From Callorhinchus milii (lineage: Eukaryota), in assembly GCF_018977255.1 (NCBI RefSeq), contig NW_024704743.1:60576001-60640000 (forward strand): DNA of 64,000 nucleotides, written 5' to 3'. The notes below the pieces were generated by a model. That model had not been told where the DNA came from. It saw only the letters and a program-made list of their open reading frames with translations, and made no database searches. Below are positions 27,648 through 41,252 of this stretch, piece after piece (position 1 is the first letter of the stretch; every line of letters starts with the position of its first letter). A program made the position numbers and the translations under genes.

Positions 27648-30572
27648 ACATCGTTGAGATGTCTCAAAGCCCTTCACAGAATCTACTGTAAAGTGAATTG
27701 ACTATATATTTTGTGGACAACACGTGGCAACTAATTGCACACAGCAGTGTCCCACAGACAGTCGAGTAATGAGTGACCAAATTATATATATTTTTAAAGG
27801 ATTATTTACCCCCAGAAAAGCAATCTGCCAATTGACTAACAGCTGGGTTCCTACTTACTGCTAGGTGAACAGAGGCATGTGGAGTAAGGAAACTTGCCAA
27901 TGTTCATTCTGACCGGCTATCAAACCCAGGTTCTGTCGCTTGTGAGGCGAGTGCTCTAACCATTGAGCTCCAGGAATCCACAATGATGATGGGGCGAATA
28001 TAGCAGGGGACATGAAACAGCCCAATGCTCACTGATCAAAGGCAGTGGCCAGATTGGTAGGGCTTCAGTAGATTGCAGAGATAGGGTAAGCAAGACTGTG
28101 GAGGGATTTATAGGTAGGAGCAAAGATCTTGAACTCAATCCACTTACACTTTTACTGTGATATAATTATTTCAATAAAAAAGGCTAAAGGCAGCTCAACT
28201 TCCATCAGCGTTCTTTCTCATCTGCTGGAATAAATGTGATTTTGTCACAGTTATGGTTGTCAGTCCTATCCCTATTATGAAACAACTGTTTCCCTTGAAA
28301 CTCCATTCAGAATTGAATGCCCATGAGTGACTCGCATCACAGCACTAATGGAAATAGCTGTCTGACTGGCAATCTAAGTACATTTATGTATTACATTCTC
28401 TGCTAAGAACTTGTTTCATTTGACAATATAATTGATTTGGTATAAAAAGACATTTATCTAAAATGCCTTTTATTTGTTTCATCATGTAGATTCCAGTAGC
28501 ATTATATTTCCATCCAATGAAGGGCAATAGTTGTTCTTAAGTAAAGACTATGTTCTTTTTCTCCGATCACACAGAAGAAAATTGAAGTGATTGAATAGAA
28601 CACCATCATAATTGTCCAGGAATCAAAGCAGTTCTCTTGCATTTTTTTTTTACGATCAAAACAGTTTCACCCTTTCTTGCCTGGGTACTATTTGGTATAA
28701 TTATGCTGGTCGTATGAAGGAAAATGCTTGCTCTATTTGTTTCATGCTCATGAGATATCACATCTTTCATCCAAATAGTTAAAATCAGTTAAAACCTGCG
28801 AGCATTGCATTTTGTTGCTTGTAATAATAACAACAACTTGCATTTATATAGCGTCTCTCACACAGGGTAGCATCCCAGAAGAATTGACAGTGGTGGAGCA
28901 TGATGCCAGGGGAGGGGGGAGGTGACCCTAGGGACAGTCAAAGAGGAAGATCTTCATGCACTACCTGCAGATGGGAAAGAAAGGGACAAAGCAAAGGTAA
29001 AGAGGAAGAGTGATCAGGGCTGAATGTGAGGCCACCAATGGTGGAATGGAAGGCAGGAGGAGGCTGGAGTCAGTCGAGCAGAGGCAATGGGTATTAGGTT
29101 GAGGGTAAGCAGGTCGGATAGTTAAGGAGATGCCAGAGCGTGAAGGGATTTGGAAACAAGCAGTCAATCCTGTTGCACTATCACTAAGGGGAAGAATCAT
29201 GAACTCCAGCATTATTACAAGGCTCCTGCTCCAACCCCATCTAACAGTGGAAATCTTCTAACAGTGGAAAAATAAAATAATAATAATTTATTTCAATAGA
29301 AGGTTAAAGGTAGTTCAGCTATCACCAGCATCCTTTCTCATCTGCTGGAGTGAATGTGAAATCATGACAGTTATGATTTTTGCATTGGTATAACATTCTT
29401 CAGTTAGAACAACATCCTAAGCGCTTCACATCAAAATATATTGTAAAATGGATTGACTGTGTATTTTGTGGGCAAATGTGGTAGCCAATTTACACACAGA
29501 TGGGATGTCCCACGACCTGAATGACTAATCTTATTTGCTTAATTTTAATGGGTCACTTACTAGCATTGTTTCTACTACAGAGGCAAATATAGTAACAGTG
29601 CTGCACCTCATCAATCAATAAAATAATATTGTTTGCATTTGCTATAGAATGCTTCACAATGAGAGTATGTCACCAGGATTTACTGTAAAGTGCAATGATT
29701 GTGTATTTTGTAAGCAAACACTAATGACTTTACAATAACAGTATTTACACTGTTTTACCAGCAGGAACATTCTCCTAATGATTATTATTTCAACCAATTG
29801 CTCAGTTGATGTAGCCTAACTCAATTGGTAGCATTCTCACTTCTAAATCAGAAAAGAGTGGGGGACTTTGAGCTCATAGTCGAGGCTAACACACCAATGC
29901 AGTACTGGGGGAGTTTGAGGTGCCATACTTTGGGTTAAATGTTAAACCATGGTCTTGTCTGCTGGTTCAGGTGAACGTTAAAGATTGGTATTTTTGAATA
30001 TAGAAGGCAGTTTCTTTCTGTGTCCTAGCCAAGAGTCCTCCAAATAAAACTGTCCATTCACTTCATAGATGTTTGTGGAAAGTTGACATGTGTAAATTGG
30101 CTGCTGCATTTGCCCACTAAATATTCAATTATTGCAGTTTACAGTATATCTTGTGAAGCACTTTCAGATATCCTCCCGATATGAAAGGAACTATACCAAA
30201 TGCCAGGATTATTATTATTATCAGCCTACCCGAACAATGTATGAGGGAGAAGCCAGTTGCTTCCCTCAAAAAACATATTCTAGAGACCAACCCAGCTGTT
30301 ATTGTAAAGCCAGCAGAACCAGTCCCTGTTTGATTGCCCCTCACTACTATTTTCAGTTTGTTATAAATTAGATAAATGCTCCAAAAAATAATGGAAAACT
30401 AAGATAAAGATATCCATTAAATTTGATGGTGATAATTTATTAAGTACAATGTGGTCTTTATTCAGAGAATACGTTAAGATTGTTTAGTGGAATCATTATC
30501 TTTCTCTGCAGATGTGCATTGTTTACTTTCTCTTGGGGGATGATTATTCTGTTGGATTTGACATTTGCTCAC

Positions 30573-30794
30573 CTGAAAGGACCATATGGTCAACTGAACA
30601 AGCCCATTGCTCACATTGTAATGATAAAGTCCCATTTAGCTGGAGGCTGAGTGAGGCAATTGATGTAAATGAATGGGTGTTGACTGGCTTGTCTTCACAT
30701 ACTTTTATTCCTGTGATCAATGTGGTACCATCAGCATCGCAGAAAACACTGTGACGTTGTTTGATTCTCTGATCCAAAGGAGTTCTTTTCCTTC
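30573..30794 (-). CDS. Putative internal exon (G-RKRTPLDQRIKQRHSVFCDADGTT...VDHMVLS), phase 1-1
   Basis: Acceptor tgttttccag|, donor CAG|gtgagc; 222 nt open. Confidence 0.7.
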
Positions 30795-33774
30795 CTGGAA
30801 AACATATTCTTGTATCTCATGGGGAAACGTTTTGACACAAAGCAATGTTGCAAAGATAGATTGCACTGGCTCAGTGACATTTTTTAACTGTTTTTTATGG
30901 GCACAATCTACAAAGTATTTAATTTCTCTCTCTCCAATTTGCTTTTTTCCTCTTCGTAAGATGGTAGCTCATGCTGGGCTACAATTTCATGGATGCCAGC
31001 TACCCGCCAGTTCTTTGACAAATTGATCATTCTTCATGTGCAAGGCTGGATAGTGAGTGTTGAGAAACTATTTGGCCATAGAAAGAATCAGAGCTAATCA
31101 CAATCCTAACCACAGAAGCATATTTTCCAGCAGGATTCAGTGATAGAAAGTTGAATTTCACTGGTGAGACGGCTCTGAAATGGTCGGTCCATGGATTGTG
31201 TTTTAATACAATACAATTTACAATTATATCATGCCTTTCATGTCCAGAGGACATCTTAAAGCATTAGACATTGCTAGCTGGGTACTGAACTGGTTAAATA
31301 GGTACTTCTTGAGAATGGCCTTGAATGGGAGGAGAGAGGGAATGAGTCAGAAGGACTCCAGGATGGAGTTCCAGAGAGAAGAACTTCAAAAATACTGCAA
31401 ACATAGATTTAATGCAATACCTGATAGTGTGTAACCCAGTTGCAGAAGCAATTGAGTACACTTGACTTTTAAGAGCTTTTAAACATTTCATTTAATAATG
31501 TTCCTTTTGTGAGGTCTAGCCTTTTTAAAAGCTCTTGAAAATGACAAGTGTGCTTAGTGTGTCCATTTGCTTGGAAAATAGATAATGGTATTTCTTTCTT
31601 TGGCCCTCACTCATCAAAGGCATGGCAGCCAGCTCAGTCTCTGCCACAAATGGCTTTGGACCCAACCATTTTCGCGAATTTGGGGCCGTTATTGAGACAT
31701 GATCAGAAGCAGAATGTCTGATGATGTGATAATTATTACTGGTAATAAATATCAAATCAGATGTAGCATTTTCACAGCTATTTGTGTTCTACATGGGGAG
31801 GGGGAGGTTTGAGTTTAAATTACATGGTTCAATTCAGATTTACATCCCTTTCAGCTGGGACTTACAGGGGAAACTGATGCTGTATATTTATTTTATCATC
31901 CAAGAAGACAACGACAACAGATTATCTGATCTGAGCAGTTTATTTTTTGTGACGGATCGTACTTTAATTGGGCCATTGAATCCCTAACCCTAAATATTCC
32001 AGCAGTGAGAATCAAACAGAATCGTCAGCCACACACTTTTCAATACTTTTAATTTTCCATTCAGAAAGTTATCGCCCCCTCCTTTACCTCCTTCAAGAGC
32101 CATCTCAAAACCCTCCTCTTCGACCGTGCCTTCGACCACCCTCCTTCCCCCCCCCGCTTCACTCTCCCCGATCCTGACCCGCAGGAACATTGGAGTCTGA
32201 AACATTGACTGTCCAGTGCTTGGGACATCCTCCTGATGTGAAAGGCGCTATACAAATGTAATATTGTTGTTGTTGTTGTTATTATCTTCTGACTGTTATT
32301 TAATCTTCACATCACCACTCTGTTTGTCTGTAGTGAGACAGTTAACTGGGTACTCTTGCTTTCAATTTGGCCTTTTTTTAATATAACTTGTTACATTCCC
32401 TTGAAGACAGCAATTATGTAATTCTCCCTGCTGACACATTACTGGGCTCACTTTCTCAACATCTGTCCCTGGCTGACAACAACTCAATCAAAGTGTGAGG
32501 TCCTTTCAACGCTGAGACAAATTTCTGACACCTCCACATATCGTACCTCATTATAGATTCCTGAGAGGGTTCTACTGTATCGAATGATCATTTACTGAGG
32601 TCTAGGCTTTTTAAAAGCTCTTGAGAAGTGGCAGTGTGTCCAGTTGCTTCTGTAACTGGATTGTACACTATCAGATCTTCTATTAAATATATTCTTGCGG
32701 AGGAGGTATTAATATTTCCTGCTTTGTCTCACACTCATCAATAATTATTTAAATTATTAAAGCACACAGGTAGAATGTGATTTCCTTAAATCTCTCACAA
32801 GTTCTATTGGAAACAAAGAAATCCTGGAAACATTTAGTATCACATTTACTAACTGTTAAATGTTTCCATATTTAATAATCTCTTTAATCTTGCTCCTTAG
32901 TATTATCCACCCGTGTCTCTTCTCTCTTGATTATCATCCAACCTCGTGTCTGTGACATGAAGGGCACTATATAAATGTAAGTTATCATTACCTGATCCCA
33001 TCCTTCTCCTGGTTGAAATCCATTTTCTGATCCTCAGCTACACAATTTTGACAGATCTCACTGTTAAAATAGTTCAGAATAACAATTCTTTCCATGTAAC
33101 CCTGGCCCCAATGCAATGTATCCAGGTGTAGATTTGATTCTTACTATATATATCTCCAAGCAGAGATCTGGTTGAGGAACATATAAAGCTCAATCAAATG
33201 TGACGAGTGAGTGCAAATGTCAGACATCTTTGCGAATCCACTTAGATCTTTTACGTGGAGGTTGGCTCAATTAGTTACATTTCTATTTTCAGTCAATGAA
33301 TTAGCATTTTGGTCATTTCAACTGGGATGGATTACTTTTCGGATTTTTTTCACGCATTCAATTTTCTCCCTTTACTCCTCTTCTCTTCAAGGCAGTGATT
33401 CATTGCTCAATGTGGGTCTATTCCTAAGTAATCGTGCTTTATGTCCAAACTTTGACAGTGAGCAGTGGCAAGCATTCTAACCACAGGTGCAATCATAACC
33501 AAGTCACAGTGATGTTGAAGTGCATATCTACAGTGACAGCTTGGTTTGGCTGGAATACTCTTGCCTCAGGGTCATCCACAGACAGAAAACTTCCAGCAGG
33601 GATCAGTAATTTGGTGTTCAGGAGCATGAAGGCATGCAGATATCTCTTCTAGACATCTCCCACCCCTTCCCTACCCTCAGACACTGAGGCCAATAATAGC
33701 ACTCTCACTGGCCTACTTAACATCAATAAATCCAGCAAAAAATATCTTCAAACTACCAAGCTAGCAGGGATCAT

Positions 33775-34210
33775 AATAATAATAGTCATGGCACTTAATA
33801 TAGTGCGTTTTAAATCAGAAAGACATCTCAAAGCCCTTCACAGGATTCATTTTGAAATGCAGTAACTGCACATTTGGTAGACAAACCCAACTGCCAATTT
33901 GTGTACAGCAATGTTTCACAAGCAGCTATGGAGTGAGTGAACAATTTTATCTGTGGGATTCTTGGCTGGGAGACCAGAATAAACTCGCTTCATTGTTGAA
34001 TAGTGCATGGGATCTTTAAAGTCTGCTTGAACAGGCAGAGAGAGCCTCAGTTTAACATCTCATCCGAAGGACAGCACCTCTGACAATGCAGCGCTTTACA
34101 AGAAATACATTAGTTTGTCAGCCTAGATTATGAGCTCAAACTCCCAACATGAGGCTTGAATCCATAACCTTCAGACTCAGAGATGAGAGTGCTACCAAAT
34201 GATCCAGGCT
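33775..34210 (-). mobile_element. Deu-domain SINE (SacSINE1/AmnSINE-like); other copies at about 2480-2883(+), 5400-5715 plus 7253-7375(+), 16190-16458(+), 29808-30220(+), 35690-36040(+), 40670-41050(+), 42040-42440(-), 42625-42900(+), 50680-51220(+), 56110-56435(+), 59105-59607(+)
   Basis: Core ggctgacactccagtgcagt...ggaggtgc...gatgagacgttaaacc...caggtggacattaaagatcccatggcactatt matches the Deu domain as I recall it; tRNA-like head; tail shared with the young SINE. Confidence 0.8.
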
Positions 34211-34913
34211 GATGCCAGCTATGCTGACAGCTGGATAGGCATACATAGCTGCCTTTCAATGGAATCAAAATAATTAATAGCTAAATGTTTTGTTGTTGAT
34301 TATGGTCACGGAAATGTAACTACAAAGCAGCAAGCCTCTGCTTCACAATTCCAAACTCAGGATGAGTTCAGTATAATTACAGCAAAATTGCTTTATTCTC
34401 CCCAGGAAACACCAAGACAAGTTAACCAAGGATTCAATAATTGCTTGTGTGAATGTAGAACTGCAATAATTCTGTCTTAACTTATGCAAGCATTTTCGTA
34501 AACACAAGAAGGAGGCTCACAAATCCAAATTAAATATCTGACCTAGTTATAGGGAAGCAGGATGTTGGCCAGTGGGAATATTGTTTTCAATGAAATCTGT
34601 CGATATCTTATAACTTCAGTAGTTTGAAAGTAATTGATCCTAGGAAAGGTATTTCTTTCAATTGAATAAGCTAAATCACTTGTGTTAATTCAAGTCCGCC
34701 AACAGCGAGCAAGGTCCATCTGCATGTTAATGACTCAGTTCAAGTTGCTCAGAGGAGAAAAACAAGCTTGATCAGGCTATCGTGAGCCATTCTCTGCTGG
34801 CCACACTGGAAATCTTCTGTAGCAGGCACTGTGGATGTGAATATCTGATTCCAAATCTAATGATTCAAATGAGTGTTTTTCAGGCCCAAGGAGCTAGCAA
34901 TTTTCATGAATAC

Positions 34914-35021
34914 CTGAGCTGATGGCAAAGAATTTTCTAAACAATAAAATTTGCTCCTTGGAACTTGATTTCTTTATAATTTGAATATATATGAAGATGC
35001 ATTTGCGATTATTCTTCAATT
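34914..35021 (-). CDS. Putative internal exon (E-LKNNRKCIFIYIQII...FFAISS), phase 1-1
   Basis: Strong polypyrimidine acceptor cttttatttttaccttcccacag|, donor CAG|gtattc; 108 nt open. Confidence 0.65.
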
Positions 35022-36727
35022 CTGTGGGAAGGTAAAAATAAAAGTTGTGGGAGGTATTCTGCCCAGGCCCCAGAGGCAATGTGGAGGAAAGAAACTAGGC
35101 TTGCTCACAATATTTGAGGGACAGACAATAAAGAACAACTTAAAAAACTAAAGTTCTTCCAGCCTCCATAAGAGACACCTCAGAGGAGTCCCAATAGAAG
35201 TATCTAAGCCGTTTAATGATAAAGTATGCTATAATAATAATCCTTACATTTGATATAGGGCTTTTCACATCTTCTAGACATCTCAAAGCGCTTCACAGAA
35301 TATACTGTAAAGTGAATTGATTTATATTTGTGGACGAAATGCAGCAGCCATTTATACACAGCAGTGTCCCACACACAATTGTGGATTGAAATGACCAATT
35401 TTATTATTGTTTTTTTCTTGAGGGGTTATTATCAGGCATGTGGAGTAAGGAAATTTGCCCAAGGTTTCGCCCTGCTGGGAATTGAACCCAGGTCGCTCCC
35501 TTGCAAGGTGAGCACTCTTACCACTGAGCTACAGGACTCCTCAAGCTACAGGACTCCTCATGTACCTGCAATAATACTTGCAGATTTGCCCAGGCAGTAT
35601 TTGGCTCTGGATCTATTCAACTATAGAGATCATCACAACCAAGCTTGATCCTGCTTCACTCTACATTCACCTAAATCCACAAATTGGAACTTCAAGCTCA
35701 CAGTATTGGCTGACACTCCAGTGCAGTGCTGGGGGTATGATGCAGCATTGGAAGCACTGGACCAAACCAAGGTCTTATCTGCTTGTTCAGGTGGAAGTTA
35801 AAGATCCCATAACACTACTTGAAAAGAAAAGGGACTTTCTTCTGGTGTCCTGGCCAACAATCCCCAAATAAATTTAGTCATTCACTTCATTGCTGTTTGT
35901 GGGACACTGCAATGCGCAAACTGGCTGCCGTGTTTGCCTACAAATACACAGTCATAATACTTCACATATATCCTGTGAAGTGCTTTGAGACATCCTTCCA
36001 ATGTGAAAGGACATATTTTGCTATGTGAATCATAATTATTATTAAGGATATGCAATTTTCATCAGGAGTAACTCGATAGCAGTCAAACCAGGAAGCCTGG
36101 CTCCCAGTGCTGACACCCACTAGAGTAATTTGTTTACTTAAAAAATTACAGTACATTAATTTTATAAGGAAGTTTTGTCAATATTGCAATTTTCAGTGAC
36201 GTAGTGCAAACTGGACCTTAGAGTCTAGGCCAGCAGTGACCAACCTGTGGCCCAAGGGGCCGTCAAGATTCTAGGCATGGCATAAATCAAAATATTAGCA
36301 GTCCCTATCTCCTGTGGACAGCCAGTGTTCGCAATATTGTGTTTCACAGGGACCACAGCTGTAGGTTTCTGATATGGTTTTGCTCATAAAGATTCAGAGG
36401 CCATATTCATTCATCTGTGTCTCAGAGTCATTGTGGAGCTACATGTGGCTCTTTGTCCCAGTTTGTGTGTGGGGAATTGTTTGTAAAGCTTTGTGTTGAC
36501 CTTGTCGTATTTGGCACCAATGTATTCAACAGTGAAGAAGCTTCTAAGGTGCACAGTGGGAGAGTAATGCTCACATTTAATCCACTTTTGGTTGGAAACA
36601 GGACCTAAAGCTATTAAAAACAAAGCTTACTGAGGTTAGGAAGTGGATTGTTTGAAGATTGTTGAGGATGTGCAGGTTAATGCCAAAATATTGACTGATC
36701 TTTTCAACACCTGATAGATCCCTATAC

Positions 36728-36878
36728 CTCTCCTTAAAAATTTCAAATGCTCATGCATGTATTTTGTATTTTTTAAAATCAACCTTGTGAATATCAGAGG
36801 CTGGAACTTGATTCTGTCAATTACATCAATCTGAGCAAGGTCACAGATGGTTTCAGAAGCTAAGATTCCTTTATCTTT
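36728..36878 (-). CDS. Putative internal exon (KDKGILASETICDLAQ...HLKFLRR), phase 0-1
   Basis: Acceptor ttttattgtggtgtgtatttcag|, donor GAG|gtatag; 151 nt open; lies in ORF 36636..36980. Confidence 0.6.
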
Positions 36879-37944
36879 CTGAAATACACACCACAATAAA
36901 AAAATGTCGGTATTACTTAGTCTTAAAGGAAGATGCAGGGTGAAATCTTTTGAAGAGTTGAAATCATTCCTATGGCCCATGATAAAAAACTAAAACTAAT
37001 GAAAATATTGGGTTGTGTATGAGTTTGTGAACTGCTTTCCTTTGTCGTCAGATGTCTGACAATGGTTGCTTCCTTAGACCTGTGATAGCACATTGCTACA
37101 CTTGCTTTATGTTAACCCATTCACCTGACTGCAGTTAACATTGTCATTGTTCATTCTCCATCACAGCATTCACATCTGCATTAAAAACAATGCTGTTGGA
37201 ATTACATTTATATTTTTTGTATGTGCCTGATGCCTGAAATCTCTCATGGTATTAGCCTTCTGACCAAATGAGAAAACCCATCATCTTGCTGAAGAGTATC
37301 CAAATCAAACTGAGAGTTCCAATATATATGTCACCTTCACATGGAAATATACCTGTGTCTGGAATGGAATACATACTCTCTCCTCGGAGACATGCACTGT
37401 GCTTACCTAATCCCAAAATGTGTGTTGGGGGGCAGCTAGATTTTAACCAGCAAAAAACATGTAGCTTTTTATTGAGAGTGCTGTCTGGCAAGCTTCCCAC
37501 TGTTTATCCAGCTAAGACCACCTTTCCCATTTTGATTCTATCTCAGTTTGCAAATCAGTTTTACTCAGTTTTTTTCAAACACTGTGTTATTGGGTCAGAA
37601 TACACTGTAAATTCAGAGTACCTATATGGGACTTGAACCCACAGCCATTCAACTCAAAGGCAAGAGTGCCATCAAGTTAACAAAGCACAATGCTTCAAAT
37701 TAATTTGAATGAATGTTGGTAACTTACTTCAGCTGTAATTTTAAAATACTACCCATAGGCAGCAAGATATTTTTCTTTTGTCTTAAAATGTCTTTATAAA
37801 GTTGATTAAAATTTTCTTCACAATTCATTTTCTTCTCTTGAAACAACAGATTTCCTTTTTATAGTTACATATTTAGAAAAAAAAACACTTTTCAAAATCA
37901 TTTAGAGTTTAGCAAAAAATAATCCTTGCATTTGATGTCACGTT

Positions 37945-38410
37945 TCCCCCATTCTCACCCGACTCCATTGGCTCCCTATCCTTCAGAGGATCCAGTTCAA
38001 GATCCTGGTCCTCACCTACAAAGCCCTCCATGGCCTCGCCCCACCCTACCTCTGCGACCTCCTAACCCCCTACCAATCCGCCTGTTCCCTACGCTCAGCC
38101 GGCTCCGGCCTGCTCCACATCCCCCGACCCACCCGCCCCACCATTGGCGGGAGAGCCTTCAGCCACTCTGCCCCAACCTCTGGAACTCCATCCCCAAATC
38201 ACTCTGCCTCGGCCCCTCCTTAGCCTCCTTCAAGTTCTGCCTCAAGACCCTCCTCTTCGACCATGCCATCGGCCACTCCCCTTCCCCTTCCCTCCCTTCT
38301 CCCCGCCTGAACCCAGCTCGGGTCTGAAATGCTGTACACTGTCCAGCGCCTTGGGATGTCCTCCCGACCTGAAAGGCGCTATACAAATGTAATCTTGTTG
38401 CTGTTGTTGT
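37945..38410 (+). mobile_element. L2 3' fragment
   Basis: LWNSIP and FKFCLKTLLFDHA motifs; stem-loop tail. Confidence 0.88.
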
Positions 38411-38576
38411 TTTATCACATCAACGGAATGTCTTAAAGTCCTGCTTTGCAGAATTTACTGTAGAGCATAGTGACTATGTATTTGTAGGTGAACAATATTA
38501 TCTCAAGATAAAGGAAAAGCGCTGTAAACCAGAATTACATGTTCACAGATTTGGCATACTCTTTATGGAAGCTCAC

Positions 38577-38637
38577 CTTTAAGGGAACAGCACCCTTGGT
38601 CCAGACGTTACCATAGAAACAGTATTTAGCACATACG
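38577..38637 (-). CDS. Putative internal exon (I-VCAKYCFYGNVWTKGAVPLK), phase 2-0
   Basis: Strong donor AAG|gtgagc; weak acceptor gaactacag|; phase fits both neighbours. Confidence 0.5.
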
Positions 38638-39884
38638 CTGTAGTTCGCACAAGCTGTTTCTATTAAATTGCAATTTTAGCTCAGTATCACAGGACAGTAA
38701 ATCTGTAAATGTTCGAACACCTCAGCAGGTTTCTCCATCACATCACAGGCTGTCAGTTTTGTTTGTCTCAGCACGCCCACTTTCCACCTGCCATGCTATT
38801 CTACATGTTTGCTTGCGTGTGTGCTTGTATAACGGTCTGACGGGAGACAAAATCGAGGGTTGATTGCATAAATAATTACAGCAGTCTCATTGAGTAGAAA
38901 AAAAACCTGAACAAGGTTTAACCCTATAAAGTAAATATCATAATGACATGTTTGTACATTTATTCTAATATTAAGTACAGACTTGGCAGACTCTTTATGG
39001 AAGTGGTGGAGTCACCAATCCTCAGCTTCTACCATCTATGAGCTCCATTTGTGACTGTCCTCCTTGAGGGAGGGAGGATGAAGAGAAGAGAAAGTGGGGT
39101 CTCCTTGGAGCTCAGAAGGGTGACATGCTCGACAACTAGTTGTTGGCTTTGTAGTCTAGTTCCTGAGCCAGGCAAGTTCGCAGCATTCCAGGGTACTGCT
39201 GATAATAATAATCCTTGTGTTTGATATAATGCTTTTTACGTCTTCTAGAGGTCTCAAAGCGCTTCACAGAATATACTGTAAAGTGAATTGACCTTATATT
39301 TGTGGGCAAAACACGGCAGCCAATTGCGCACAGCAGTGTCCCACAAACAGCTGTGGATTGAAGTGACCAATTTATTTTTTATCAAGCATGTGAAGTAAGG
39401 AAACTTGCCCAAGATTTTGCCCTGCCGGGAATCGAACCCAGGTCTCTCACTTGCGAGGTGAGTGCTCTACCCACTGAGCTACAGGACTCCACAGGATGAC
39501 AGAGCATTAGTGTAAGCCAGGCCCCTGACTCATGGAGCAAACCACTGACTGGGGGCAGGGATTCTTTCCACTCAGCTCTTCTTAACCATGCAAATTGTCC
39601 CTCTAGAGAGAGAGTGCAAATTCTACTCCAGACAAGGACGTTCACATGTGTAAATGGTAAATATGTGGGGCTCTCAGTCTGGTTTTGATACTCTTAAGAA
39701 TGGTGATGGGTTTCCACATGTGATGATACTCAGTTGAGAAAAATATTTTTTTATATAACAAATCCAAGGCATACAAAAGGAAGTCCTTCAACTTGTGGAA
39801 ACATCATGTCCGTGAGTGATGGTGGCACTTTTTTAGGGACTTAAACAGTTTAATTCACCTATAGATTCAGAACAACCTATAACT

Positions 39885-40625
39885 CAAATCAGAGGGATTG
39901 TGGAATGGAGTTCCAGAGGGTGGGGGCAGAGAGGCTGAAAAACCAACAACAACAAAATGACATTTGTACAGTGCCTTTCACATTGGGAGGAGGTCTCAAG
40001 GCGCTGGACAGTCAGCGTTTTGGACCCGAGCTAGGGGTCGGAATCAGGGAGGGTGGAGGGCAGTGGGGGAAGGAGGGTGATCGAAGGCACGGTCAAAGAG
40101 GAGGGTATTGAGACAGGTCTTGAAGGAGTCAAGGGGGGGGAAGGGCAAGGTGGAGGGACTGCGGGATGGAGTTCTAGAGGGTGGAGGCAGAGTGGCTGAA
40201 GGCTCGCCCGCCAATAGATGAGTGGTTGAGTGGGGGACATGAAGCAAGTTGGTGCCTGCTGAGCGGAGGGAGGGAGCAGGTTAGTAGGTGATTAAGAGGT
40301 CACTGAGGTAGGGGGGAGCAAGGCCACAGAGGGCTTTAAAGGTGAGGACCAGTATCTTGAACTGTATCCTCTGTGTGATGGGAAGCCAGTGAAATCAGGC
40401 GAGGATGGGGTTGATAGGATCACGGAACTTGGTGCAGGAGAGGACACGCGCTGCAGAGTTCTAGATGATCTGCAGCCCATGGAGGGAGGAGTTGGGGAGG
40501 CCAACAATCAGTTTGCGTAGTCGAGCCTGGATGTTATGAATGCGTGTATGAGGGTTTTGACAGCCTGCGGTGTGAGGCAGTGGCGGAGCCCGGCGATGTT
40601 GCGGAGCTGGGGGAAGGCAGAGGTA
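39885..40625 (-). mobile_element. L2 3' fragment(s)
   Basis: Homologous to the 48095 and 5716 copies. Confidence 0.85.
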
Positions 40626-41252
40626 TTGTATTATATCAAGGCAAATTATTTGCTCCATATTTAGGCATTAGCCTGGTTAATTGGATAGCACTCTCGCCTC
40701 TGAGTCACAAATATTTGGGTTTTGAACCCCATGTCGTGCATAATCTGGGCAGATTCTCCAATGCAGTGCTATTTACATGTTTTGCACTGTTGGAAGTGCC
40801 ATCCTTTGGAGATGTTAAACTCAGATCCAGTCAGGTAAATGTTAAATATTGTTTGGCACTATAGATATAAAGAAATTAGTTTCTCCTGATGTTCTGGCTA
40901 ACAATCTGTCTGTCAAATTGTTTATTTTTGGCTGTTTGTAGGACATTCACCCACAAAATACATATATTTATCCAGTACATCCTGTTAAGTGCTTCGAGTT
41001 GATTTCCCAACATGAAAAGCACTTCATCAAATGTAAGGATTATTATTATTATATATGAATACTAATCATAATATAATGATTCATGAGTTCTGGTATGAAA
41101 TATTAAATTGCTCTTAGCAATTTGAATGTGGCAATGGTTATAAATGTTGTGGTGTAAAAATAATTTAAGTGTACCTATTTTCCTTCTGTGAACATGAATA
41201 TAATGATTCTATTTTACTGAATTATTTATCATCTAATAAATTCGGCTCAGGA

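Noticed and set aside
36575..36604. 30-nt exon candidate (PVSNQKWIK) with good splice sites
   Set aside because: Joining it to the next exon creates TAA at the junction; at most a poison exon.
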